Source: an uncultured Chloroflexia bacterium (GTDB taxonomy: Bacteria > Chloroflexota > Anaerolineae > JAAYZQ01). Taken from it: a stretch of 64,000 nt of DNA. Within the stretch, counting starts at the first letter, position 1. Each line of letters starts with the position of its first letter. Under the pieces are notes generated by a model, which saw only the letters and a list, made by a program, of their open reading frames with translations, was not told where the DNA came from and made no database searches. Made by a program: the position numbers and the translations under genes. Below, one piece after another: positions 41,616-51,204 of the stretch. The stretch spans positions 1,408,001-1,472,000 of the forward strand of contig CAVOXA010000001.1 of assembly GCA_963700285.1 (NCBI GenBank). Reading direction: 5' to 3'.

Positions 41616-42653
41616 CTATCGAGAGCGCACGGGCCCAGTTTGGATCCCCTGCGCCCGGGCCAACTGGTCCAGCGCCTGGGCAGCCGCATTCTGCACGCTT
41701 TTTTTGGGATCCTGAAGGAGATCAACGAGCGGCCCGGCTGCCCGTGCGTCTCCGATCCGCCCCAGCGCCCGTGCGGCTGCTTCGCGTACCTGTCCATCCT
41801 GGTCCTGCAGGGACATGGTCAGCGGTTCTATAATCTGTTGCCTATGATCTGCTTCCGCCAGGTACTGCCCGATCTGGCCCAAAGCCCTGACGGAAGCAAG
41901 CCGGAGTCTCGGGTCTGGATCTGATACTGCAGCGACGAGGATTGTCACTGTTTGAGCCTGTAGCGCGCTATCATTGGATTCTTGCCCCATCTGTCCCAGG
42001 GCGACTACAGCGCCCTCTCGACGGCGCCAGTCTGTGTCATCCAGAGCGGCGCATAGAGATCCCAAATGGGCGGATCCCAGGTTCGCCAGCGACCCCGCAG
42101 CAGCCCTACGCACTGCCTGTCGCTCGTCTCCCAGGGATAGCAGCAGCGCTTCCGCCAGGTGCGGGCACGGTATTTCGTCTTCTATCCGAGGACCAACCAC
42201 CGCCAGCGTTTCTGCAGCCGCCTCACGGACTTGCCAGACCTCGTCATGAAGCGCATTGATCAGAGCTGCCCCCATCTGGTTTGAAAGGGAATATCCATCC
42301 GTCTGTCCGCTGCTTCTTTGCGGCGCTCTGATGTTCACTGGTCCAGGGGCTGAGTTCTGCTGCTCTTCGACAGTTGGAGCTGGTTGTGGTTCGGCGCAGC
42401 CATCTAGCAGGCAGCCCAGTGCCCGCACGCCAGCTCTACGCACCGTCCACTCATCATCACTCAGTGCCTCGATCAAGTCCGGCGCAGCCCTCCAGTCGCC
42501 TACTTTGCCTAGAGCCAAGGCCGAAGCCTCCCGCACACTTGGGTCGGGATGGCGTAGAGCGCCCGCGAGCCTGGCAGTGTCTGCCCTGGCTTGGAGTTCC
42601 TCCACGTCTGGCGTTCGGCCACCGAACCTTGCCTGGAAGAAACGCAATATCAT
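41616..42653 (-). CDS. HEAT/PBS-lyase repeat protein
   Basis: Repeated L.D.D..VR.AAA.ALG units. Confidence 0.88.
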   Translation of the reverse strand: MILRFFQARFGGRTPDVEELQARADTARLAGALRHPDPSVREASALALGKVGDWRAAPDLIEALSDDEWTVRRAGVRALGCLLDGCAEPQPAPTVEEQQNSAPGPVNIRAPQRSSGQTDGYSLSNQMGAALINALHDEVWQVREAAAETLAVVGPRIEDEIPCPHLAEALLLSLGDERQAVRRAAAGSLANLGSAHLGSLCAALDDTDWRRREGAVVALGQMGQESNDSALQAQTVTILVAAVSDPDPRLRLASVRALGQIGQYLAEADHRQQIIEPLTMSLQDQDGQVREAAARALGRIGDARAAGPLVDLLQDPKKSVQNAAAQALDQLARAQGIQTGPVRSR

Positions 42654-42682
42654 GGGAATGCCCCGCGTCTGGATGGCCGTCC

Positions 42683-45600
42683 TTAGCCCGGCTTCGCAGC
42701 TTGTCGCTGGCTCCGGTTCACGGGAATCAGGAACAGGACGAAACGCAGCGTGAGCGCCCAGGCCAGGACGGCTATGGCAACGATGAAATAGTCGGTGGGC
42801 TCCTCCAGCAACCCCAGATGCAAGAGTTTCTGCGCCAGCGGTATCGCTGATACGCCGACAAAGAGAGCCAGCAGCACTACGGCCATGATTACTGGCCACC
42901 ATGCTCCTACCTGGGCACTGCTACTCCACGATGTTCGTCGCGGTGGCTTGATGAACACAACCAGCAACAGGCCGCAAGCCACCAGGGTGTAGGTGACACC
43001 GAGCTGGGCGTAACCTATCTCGCCACTCCTATCGAGGAAGAGCAGATACACGAGGAACGCTGCAGCACTGATGGTAAGGGCCGCGGGCACCACAAAGCGG
43101 GCTAACAGGCGGCCCAGCCTGGCACTTGGCAGCACTCCGGAAGCAGCTCCCAGTGTGAGACCCAGCGATGGGATTGCAACAGTAAGCACGCTGATGGCCG
43201 TACCCTGTCCGGAGCGAAAAGGGTAGCCCCTGGAAAAAAGCGGGATGGCTACCAGAAGAATTGCCAAATAGCATACCTGGGTCAGGTTCACCTTGAGGAT
43301 GTCCATGAGGCCGTTGACGATGCGCTGCCCTTTTTCCAGGACCACGCCCAGCACACTGGGCGAGTCCTCCATGAGGATGATGTCGGCCATGCTGAGCGCG
43401 GCTTGGGTACCGCTCCGTCTCGAGATGGCCAGGTCAGCCTGGCGCATAGAGGGTAGGTCGCCTACCCCGTCGCCGACTACGGCCACGGCCTCGCCCGCTT
43501 TGCGCAGTGCAGCTACCACCTGCCCTGCCTGCTGGGGAGTGAGTAGGCCGAAAATGGCCTTCTTGTCGGCGACCTGCGCAAACTCACCCGCGCTCAAAGA
43601 GGCCAGGTCTGGACCAGAGGCTGTCTCCAGCGCAAAACCCTCATCTGCGGCCAGTCCAGCCTGTCTCAGCATCTTGGCCGTATGCTCTGGCTCCCCAGAA
43701 GCGAATATCTTGATGTCCACGCCTGTCTCTGCAAATCTTTTGATGGTCTCGACCGATTCAGGGCGTACGCGCTCGGAATAGCGCAGTGTACACAGGGGAA
43801 TAAGGCCATCGGGCAAGTGAGGTTGTCCGTCAGCGTCGTGGATGGCAGTAAGGTCCGGTACGTAGGCAAAGGAGAGATGGTCTTCTTCGACCTGGTCATC
43901 TCTGGGACTCTCCTCGGCTTCTTCTTCACCTTCGCCACGTCGTAGGGCCGTATTGAGTCTCTTGCCCAGACCCCGGAAGAAACCGCGGACTCGGGAGTTC
44001 TTGCCTTCCTCCTCTTTTCCTGGCGGTGTCGGCTCCTGAATAGCCGAGGGTTCCGTTGAAGGAGCACTGGCGTCGCCAGCCGCGCTCCCATTTGCCTGTC
44101 CTGCCCCTTCGACCTGAGCTTCTGCTGCAAGGGCCGGCACAGATGGAGAGGCAGGAGCTCTGGCGTCCACGGGGGAGGTGCTAGTTGTAGACGTCTCCTG
44201 CTCGGCCTGGGGAGATTCGTCGTCCGGGGGCTTGTCTTTTCCTCGCCGGAAGAGCCGTCCCAGGGGTGCGAAGGCACGGCGCACAGCTTTGACGGGCGAT
44301 CCCTCTTTCTCGCTTTCTGTGTCTGCTCCTTCGTCTTCCGTTGGCAGGTGTACTTTGAGGATTTCCGGCTCGGCAAGCACATAGACGCCCCGCAGATCGT
44401 CGTCGTCAAAGGCGAGGGCGATCCAACCATAGACCGACATAAAGGGAGCATCCTCGAGGGGAACGCGCTGGCTTCCCTCGAACGTATCGCGAATGGCTCT
44501 GACTGCGCGATTGTCGACCGAGGACGTGCGGGAGAAATCGCCCAAGATCTGCCTTAGACGCGATTCAGATATTTGCTCCTGGTCTTCCATGGGTTCTGCC
44601 AGTTGAAGCTCGACGTGCGTGCCGGTCAGAATGCCTTCCTGGGCAAAGCAGATGACCGTTGCCTGAGCCAGAGATTCTACCGATCTGGCCCGATTCACGA
44701 GAGCTCCCAGTCTGCCCAGGTCGGCCGTACCTGATGCATAAGTCACGACGATCATGAAGAACAGCGTGACAGGCGCGATGCTAAAGATAAGCGATACAAC
44801 CTCGCCGAAGGCATCTACTGGAACCGGACCCATGTCCCACTTGAAGTAGCGGGTCAATAAGAAGATAGTAAAAACCGCTACGACGACAAGTAGCACCTTG
44901 AGAACTCGCTCGATGACACGTTCGATGGCCGTCAGTTGCTCCTTGACCTCCGGCGTGTCGGACAACCGGTTTGTGATCAGACGGTCGCTGCCAGTTTTTT
45001 CGACGAGGCAGGCGGCCCGGCCCGAAAGACAGAAGCTGCCGGCGTACACCCGATCACCGGGGTGCCTGATCTGCCTGGTGCTGTCGCCGGTGAGTACCGA
45101 TTCATCGACCACGATATGGCCGTCGCCTATCAGCTCTCCATCGACCAGTATCTGGTCGCCTGGCCCAAGCACGATGGCATCGCCCAAGACGATCTCGGCA
45201 GGGTCAACACTGCGAACCTTTTCATCCCGGACGACAGTGACCTTCGGGCGGGTGGCCTGCTGGATATCCCGCAACCTCCTGCGGGCGAACATTTCCTGAA
45301 AGATGTTGATACCAACGTTGAAGGCTATTGTGCCCAGACTTAATAGCGCATCCAGCGGCTTGCCCAGCAACAACTGGGAGGCGGCCAGCCCGACCAAGCT
45401 GAGGTTAAAGAGGTTGTAGACGTTCTCGTGCCAGATCTCTTGCTTTGTACGTGGAGGTTTGAGCTGAATGACGTTGTCCCGGCCCTCGACCTGGCGGGCC
45501 TCGGCCTCGGCCTCGGTCAGACCCTCGACCGGGATCACAGGGGGTGTAGGCGCTGGCCGGCGCCCAGCAAGCCTCTTTCTCTCCTGGAGACGATACCAAA

Positions 45601-45697
45601 TACCTACTGCAATGGCCGCGACGGCGGCCACCACGACCACGATCAGGGTGATCCAGACGAGAGGTCTTGGTTTGGGTTTTCGGTTCTGGTCGTCCAT
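42683..45697 (-). CDS. P-type ATPase homologue (CtpE-like) with degenerate catalytic motifs
   Basis: GLT..EA, VVRD, VDESVLTGDS, AGSF, GDGVGD and C-terminal TMs present; phosphorylation motif reads CFAQEGILT and TM4 reads APVTL. Confidence 0.85.
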   Translation of the reverse strand: MDDQNRKPKPRPLVWITLIVVVVAAVAAIAVGIWYRLQERKRLAGRRPAPTPPVIPVEGLTEAEAEARQVEGRDNVIQLKPPRTKQEIWHENVYNLFNLSLVGLAASQLLLGKPLDALLSLGTIAFNVGINIFQEMFARRRLRDIQQATRPKVTVVRDEKVRSVDPAEIVLGDAIVLGPGDQILVDGELIGDGHIVVDESVLTGDSTRQIRHPGDRVYAGSFCLSGRAACLVEKTGSDRLITNRLSDTPEVKEQLTAIERVIERVLKVLLVVVAVFTIFLLTRYFKWDMGPVPVDAFGEVVSLIFSIAPVTLFFMIVVTYASGTADLGRLGALVNRARSVESLAQATVICFAQEGILTGTHVELQLAEPMEDQEQISESRLRQILGDFSRTSSVDNRAVRAIRDTFEGSQRVPLEDAPFMSVYGWIALAFDDDDLRGVYVLAEPEILKVHLPTEDEGADTESEKEGSPVKAVRRAFAPLGRLFRRGKDKPPDDESPQAEQETSTTSTSPVDARAPASPSVPALAAEAQVEGAGQANGSAAGDASAPSTEPSAIQEPTPPGKEEEGKNSRVRGFFRGLGKRLNTALRRGEGEEEAEESPRDDQVEEDHLSFAYVPDLTAIHDADGQPHLPDGLIPLCTLRYSERVRPESVETIKRFAETGVDIKIFASGEPEHTAKMLRQAGLAADEGFALETASGPDLASLSAGEFAQVADKKAIFGLLTPQQAGQVVAALRKAGEAVAVVGDGVGDLPSMRQADLAISRRSGTQAALSMADIILMEDSPSVLGVVLEKGQRIVNGLMDILKVNLTQVCYLAILLVAIPLFSRGYPFRSGQGTAISVLTVAIPSLGLTLGAASGVLPSARLGRLLARFVVPAALTISAAAFLVYLLFLDRSGEIGYAQLGVTYTLVACGLLLVVFIKPPRRTSWSSSAQVGAWWPVIMAVVLLALFVGVSAIPLAQKLLHLGLLEEPTDYFIVAIAVLAWALTLRFVLFLIPVNRSQRQAAKPG

Positions 45698-45790
45698 GCT
45701 CTCTCTAGCGTGCGGTGCCACGTTCCTTGCGCGAAGGCTGGTGGCCAGTATACGCTGGGTGTGTGTGTCGTGGCAGTCTGTCTAGACTGG

Positions 45791-45819
45791 ATTATACATC
45801 AAAGGTATAAGTTTGGGAA
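45791..45819 (-). promoter_or_regulatory. promoter of the P-type ATPase-like gene with an overlapping palindrome
   Basis: TTCCCA-17nt-TATAAT on minus; TTATAC-N7-GTATAA at 45792-45810. Confidence 0.5.
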
Positions 45820-45889
45820 ACTCTGGACGGTCTGTTCACCGCCAGCATCCATGCAAGGGTAGTATCCTCGCGGGCTATTCGGTCAGCTT

Positions 45890-45918
45890 TTGACAGAGCC
45901 TGAAGGGCATGGTACACT
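45890..45918 (+). promoter_or_regulatory. sigma70-type promoter for degV
   Basis: TTGACA-17nt-TACACT with TG extension. Confidence 0.65.
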
Positions 45919-45952
45919 GGGCACGAGACCATGCCAGAAAGCGAGTCTTGCC

Positions 45953-46820
45953 ATGCCAAACGTTGCCATTGTTACAGATAGCTGCGCCAGCATACCGGAA
46001 CCGCTTAGTGAGTCTCTCCAGATCCACCGGGTTCCCTACTATATGCACTGTGGAAACAATGTTCTTCGCGACCTGGTTACAGTCCACCGGGATTCTTTCT
46101 ATCGTTGGCTTCTGGCGGCCAGAGAACTTCCCAAGACAGCCGCTCCAGGTCCTGGCGACTATATGGACCTATACGAGAGGCTGGTTCGAGATGCGGATGT
46201 CGACGGGATTGTCAGCATCCATATGACCTCAAAGGGCAGCGGCGCCTACCAGGCAGCCAGGATCGCCCAGTCGATGGCGGTGGAGACTCTTGCCTGGCCT
46301 GCAGTTGGCCGTGATCGACACCCTCAACGTTTCGATGTGCCAGGGCTGGATGGCAATCGAGGCGGCCCGTGCCGCGCTGGAAGGTAAATCCCTGGCGAGC
46401 ATTGTCCGTTTGGTCCAGGACATGATCCCGACCACGCGCATGATCCAAACAGCGGACACGCTCAAGTACCTGTACATGGGCGGGCGCATCGGCCGGGCCA
46501 AGCACCTCGTGGGCAGCCTTCTCAGCATCAAGCCCCTCATCGGCATGGAGGAGGGAGTCATCGTGCCACTGGGGCAGGCCCGCAGCCGGCGGCAAGCCTA
46601 CGCCAAGATGGTAGACATGGTGGAGGCGGCGGTGGGCTCGGGCAAAGTCAAGATCGCCTGCGTCCACGCTGCGGCGCGGGATGAAGCGGAAAAGCTTGGG
46701 TGTCTCATGGAGGCCCGACTGGACGTGGCAGAATTGCTCGTGGCCGAGCTATCGCCCGTATTGGGGGTACACACCGGTCCGGGAACGGCTGGCATTTGCT
46801 ACTTTCCAGTGCCGCTCTAG
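45953..46820 (+). CDS. DegV family fatty acid-binding protein (frameshift near 46290)
   Basis: IVTDS, LPKTAAP, SGAYQAA, VIDT, LKYLYMGGRIG, LLSIKP, LGVHTGPG. Confidence 0.9.
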
Positions 46821-46976
46821 CTGTCCCCTGCGTGCTTTGGGTTCCACAGGCACGGCTGGATCCTGGTTCCGCGGCAGCAAAAAGAAAGCCTGCCGGCAGG
46901 CGCGGTGATAGATCCTGCTCGCCGGGCGATGCGGCGTGGCCTGAGGTGGCCACCCTGAGAACGGATCGCTGTTGTC

Positions 46977-47177
46977 CTAGGCCGGATCCAACTCGAACTG
47001 CCAGTCTTTTTCCCAGTTGTCGTCAACCAGGTTGGAGCTCCAGTCGAGTTCTGGGGGGCTAGTCCTGACAACCTCCAGATCAGCATAACAGCGCTGGCAG
47101 AGGGCTGCCTGCCCTACCCAGGGCTTGCGCCCAAGATCAATACGGTTTCCGCAATCCGGACAGTACGCGATAGCCAC
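46977..47177 (-). CDS. LysW-like zinc-ribbon protein 2 (66 aa)
   Basis: CPDC...CQRCYADLEV..TSPPELDW, acidic tail; GTG start after AAGGAG. Confidence 0.75.
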   Translation of the reverse strand: MAIAYCPDCGNRIDLGRKPWVGQAALCQRCYADLEVVRTSPPELDWSSNLVDDNWEKDWQFELDPA

Positions 47178-47350
47178 CTTTGTTGCTCCTTGTTTTGTTC
47201 GCGCCGGAGTGGTGGCGCACAGAACTCTGCGAAAGGAATCAAGAAAAGGAGAAAACAACCGCAGAGTTCCGTACGCGCCTTCTGACTCTCCAGCTTTCTA
47301 CCAGCTCTCGGGCGCTTTCCAGACGGTCGAGAGCTGTAGTGGACCGGCTT

Positions 47351-47551
47351 CTACCAGTCCTCGTCGTCGTCCCCCGAGGCATAGTCCCCATCTTCATCGG
47401 ACCAGTCGTAGGCCCAGTCAAACTCTAACGGCTTGACGCTAATCACTTCCAGGTCCGCTTCGCAACCAGGACACGTTAGCTTCTGGCCAAGCCTCGCGTG
47501 GGGGTTCAAGGTGATCTTTTGCTCACATTCGGGGCAATATCCACTTTCCAT
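47351..47551 (-). CDS. LysW-like zinc-ribbon protein 1 (66 aa)
   Basis: CPEC...CPGCEADLEVISVKPLEFDW, acidic tail ending EDW; GAGGAG RBS. Confidence 0.8.
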   Translation of the reverse strand: MESGYCPECEQKITLNPHARLGQKLTCPGCEADLEVISVKPLEFDWAYDWSDEDGDYASGDDDEDW

Positions 47552-47703
47552 GGCAATACTCCTCTATCTCAGTTGACCGGTGTACGGCAATGCCCTACCA
47601 TCTCTAGGCGTCAGCCAGCTTTTCGCTGGCACTAGCAAGGATCTTTTTTCCAGTTTAGTATGGTTGTGTTCAAGCAGGGGGGAAAAAAAGTACCAAGAAG
47701 GTG

Positions 47704-48421
47704 TTATGTTCTGCCAGAATGTACGATTTTTGTCACATCTGGGCTGTCTTCCGGGTCAAAGGAATAGCCCAGCCCGGGTATGGTGTGGACGTAGCGGGGA
47801 GTGCGTGGCTCAGACTCAATCTTGGACCGCAGTCGACTGACCAGGCCCCGCACCAGGTCCCGGTCGCCGCGACCGCTGTAGCCCCACACCCGCTCGACAA
47901 TGACCTCGGTGGGCAGGATTTGGCCGCGATGGCTCATGAGCGTGTAGAGCAAGCGGAACTCGAGGTGGGTCAACCGACGCGGTGGGCGGTCGGTGATCTG
48001 TACGGTCCGGTTAGCGGCGTCGAGGGTCAAATCTGCCTGGCTGAGGGTGGGTAGGCTGAACAGGGGGACACTGCCTGCCCGGCGTACCAGCGCTTGTACC
48101 TGGGCAATGAGCAACCGGCCACTGAAGGGGCGTACGACAACCAGGTCCGTACCGGAGACAAGCAGATCACGGTGAAGATCCTCGGTGATAGGATCGATGA
48201 CTATCAGCAGGGGTACCTCGGTCTCAGCCCGGACGCGACCTACATCGTCGAGGGGTTCGCCGACAGACTGCCAGCGCGACAAGGTCGGCCGGGCGCTCCA
48301 GCCAACTCTTCATGGCTCGTTCCAGATCGCTGGCGATGGTCACCGCCAGCCCGGCACGCTGCAGTACAAGCGACAGCACTGCGCGTTCATCTGGGTCGTG
48401 GCTGACTAGCATAGCATACAT
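47704..48421 (-). CDS. OmpR-family transcription regulator with an atypical receiver domain (frameshift near 48262)
   Basis: C-terminal LTHLEFRLL, VWGY, LVSRLRSKIE, TIPGLGY; receiver degenerate (SHDP, DLVALA, RPF). Confidence 0.85.
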
Positions 48422-48472
48422 GGTTTCGGCGCTGGCTCCCAGCGTGATGGTCTTTGCCGAATCAGCGGTTCT

Positions 48473-48501
48473 AGTATATCATTCCTTGCTCTGCACGTCA
48501 A
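48473..48501 (-). promoter_or_regulatory. sigma70-type promoter for the response regulator
   Basis: TTGACG-17nt-TATACT with TG extension. Confidence 0.6.
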
Positions 48502-49026
48502 CTGGGACAGGCAGAGTTCAGGTTTCTGGGGTACGGGCACATATGTAGATTTTGGGGCCAACAGCGTTGTCTTTCTGCCGCGTCCTGCTGTAGGCCTGGG
48601 GAACTATTGCGGCAGGGGCAGCGTCTATGTGTACAGTATTCCGCTTCGGTGTGAATGACGAGCGGAAGGTGCAGCGTGATCTTGCGCGGGGCAAGCGTCG
48701 CCCAGTCGTCAAGCAATAGTGGTCAGCACTATGCTACAATACTGGCGCATCGTTACTCGGATGCGGCTGACTTGCGTGATAGGGGTGCGGGATCGGGATC
48801 GGCGTTCGTAGCCAGAGCCGGGCACGTCGCCGTGCCAGGCTCAGGTGCTCGAGGGCCAGGATTCCAAAGTCTTTTTCGGTCGGCACTCATGATCGTTGTG
48901 GCAAGGCCCTGCCATCCGCTTCTGGAAACTGTGGGTGTCGTGTGTTCAAACGGGCCCTCTGGGTGGGAGTGATTCTTTTGACTAGTGATTCCAACGAACA
49001 TAGTGCATTGTCTGACAAAGAACCAG

Positions 49027-51084
49027 ATGGTGGATCCTGCCATGACAGCACTGCGCCAAGCTCGGCGTCGTGCAAAGGACAATTCTATCTCTTCGCGTAC
49101 CAGGAGACCCACTTTGCGGTTGGTCCTGTCCCCGGCAGGGCTAGTTCTACCTCTGGTTTTTATCGTAGTGGCGGTCTACCTGATAGCTCCTGAGGTGCTG
49201 GCACGCCAACGGTCCATGGGAAGGCAGGAGCTGGCGCCGGCAGCCGAGATCCGCTATCGGAACTTGATAGCCAACCCAAGCGTTCGGTGGGAGATGGGTT
49301 AGTCGAGAATGGGGCTTCTCTCGATGTTGAGGCCCTACTCGATCATGCATCAAATCTCGTCCTACGAGGGTCGTATAGACGAAGCCGTTGCCGCTTACGA
49401 GACCGTTGCAGAACGGGCACCCAAAGAACCCCGCCTCGAGTCTGGGTGGGCCAGGGCCTTGCTGATGCAGGGCCGGGCCGATGAAGCAGTTGTACACGCC
49501 CGGCGTGCGGTTGAACTCGAGCCCATGGATGCCGAGGCGATGACGGTCCTTGCCCAGGCCTACCTGGCCGTGGGGGATGTCGGACGGGGGCTGGGCATTG
49601 GGCAGGCGGCGGTGGAGTTGGACGACAGTAGCGCCATTTCCCACGCGACCCTGGCGGAGGCGTATCGGGCGGATGGCCAACTGGAGCAGGCAGCTGAGGA
49701 AGCCGCGCAGGCCTTGAGACTAGATCCGGAGAATGCAGCCGCGCACCGGGTTCAGGGCTGGCTGTACTTCATACTGGAGCAGGATGCGCAGCATGCGCTC
49801 AAAGAGATGCGCCTGGCCGTGGCCCTGGAGCCTCTACAGTGGCGGAATCACTTTGATCTTGGAGGGTTGTTGCTCCAGACCGGAACCTATGCAGATGCCA
49901 TCCCCGTACTTGAGCGGGCGCTCGCCCTGCGGCAAACCAGTGAGATCCATGTGGCTCTCGCTGAGACCTACCTCCGGCTTGGTCAAGAGGCGGAAGCCTC
50001 CACGTACCTTGAGCGAGCACGAGAAACAGGCGCAGAGGAGGCCGGGATACGTGCCTTGACGGCGGCGATCCGTGCGAGGCAGGGTTTCTGTGAGGATGCA
50101 AAGCTCTACTACGATCAGGTGCTGACCCAAGAACCTACCAGCCCGCTTGCCCTGGAGGCCAGGCTTATCTGTGAGGGGGCGACGCCTGAATCGGCAGAGC
50201 TGGCCGTCACTCCCACTGCCCTGGCAACGAGTGCCGCGCCACTGCAGGGCCGCATTGCCTATCCTGTATGGAATCCGGGCACGGAGCACTATGACATCTA
50301 TGTGAGTCAGGTGGATGGGACGAGCCGGCATCTGCTGCTGACCGGAGCACGCCAGCCGGCTTTCAGTCCCGGTGGTCAGTGGCTGGCCGTGAACGGCGAA
50401 CGCCACTTGCAGGATAATCTCCTGGTCTTGCGGACAGACGGCAGCGAACTCTGGGAGGTCACTGAGCACGTCGAAGATGGTCTCCCCGCTTGGTCGCCAG
50501 ACGGAAATGAGCTGGCCTTCAGTTCCACACAGCACGGCGACCGGCAGTCGCGCGTCTATGTCATCGACGCCGTCCCCTTGGACGGCCGGAAGGAGGGCGG
50601 GCGGCCCTTGAGCGCTGGCTTCTATGATGCCAGTGGGGCGTACCCCACCTGGACGGATGATGGACAGGTTGTGTATGATGGCTGTGACTATTCGGTCAAT
50701 CCGGCCGTCTGCGGCCTGCTAAAGGTCCCAACTGGGCCTGGCCCCAATGGCCCTATGGCCTTGACCAACAATTCTGCTGATACAGCGCCCGCGGCCTACA
50801 ACGGAAGGATAGCCTTCATGTCCAAAAGCGAAGGCAATTGGGACATCTATGTCATTGACAGTGATGGCGCGGGGCCGAGGCGCCTGACACGGGGAGCGGC
50901 CAATGAGGGGCTGCCGACTTGGGCCCCCGACGGCCAAGCCCTGGCCTACGTTTCAGACCAGAGTGGGAGGTGGGCAGTGTGGGCCATGGCACACGATGGC
51001 TCGGACCAGCACCAGCTTTTTGAGATCGGTGGTGGAGGGCTGGGAGGCGACTGGCCTCAGGAGCGGATTAGCTGGGCTCCGTAG
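49027..51084 (+). CDS. membrane-anchored TPR + PD40/TolB-like beta-propeller protein (two compensating frameshifts, about 49280 and 49368)
   Basis: N-terminal TM, several TPRs, then PAFSPGG, PAWSPDG, PTWAPDG repeats. Confidence 0.8.
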
Positions 51085-51204
51085 CGGGATGGCCGGTCGT
51101 GGTTGGGCTTGTCACGGCTGACACCCACAAGATCATCAAGGTCAAGACTTCCATACCGGTGATGGTGGTGAACGCTTGAACGCGCAGGAAAATCGGACCT
51201 GCTT

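Noticed and set aside
46977-47551. Canonical lysW lysine/arginine biosynthesis locus
   Set aside because: No EDWGE terminus and no lysX/Z/Y/J/K in the window.
48498-48716. 72-aa minus ORF containing TLHLPLVI (YLPL-like motif)
   Set aside because: No RBS or other recognisable similarity and it runs into the regulator promoter; the motif may be chance or a tiny remnant.
49300-49302. In-frame TAG between ORFs 48985-49302 and 49309-51084 as pyrrolysine or readthrough
   Set aside because: An alternate frame gives a proper TPR helix (VEALLDHASNLVLRG-RIDEAVAAY), so two compensating indels explain it; no pyl genes are seen.
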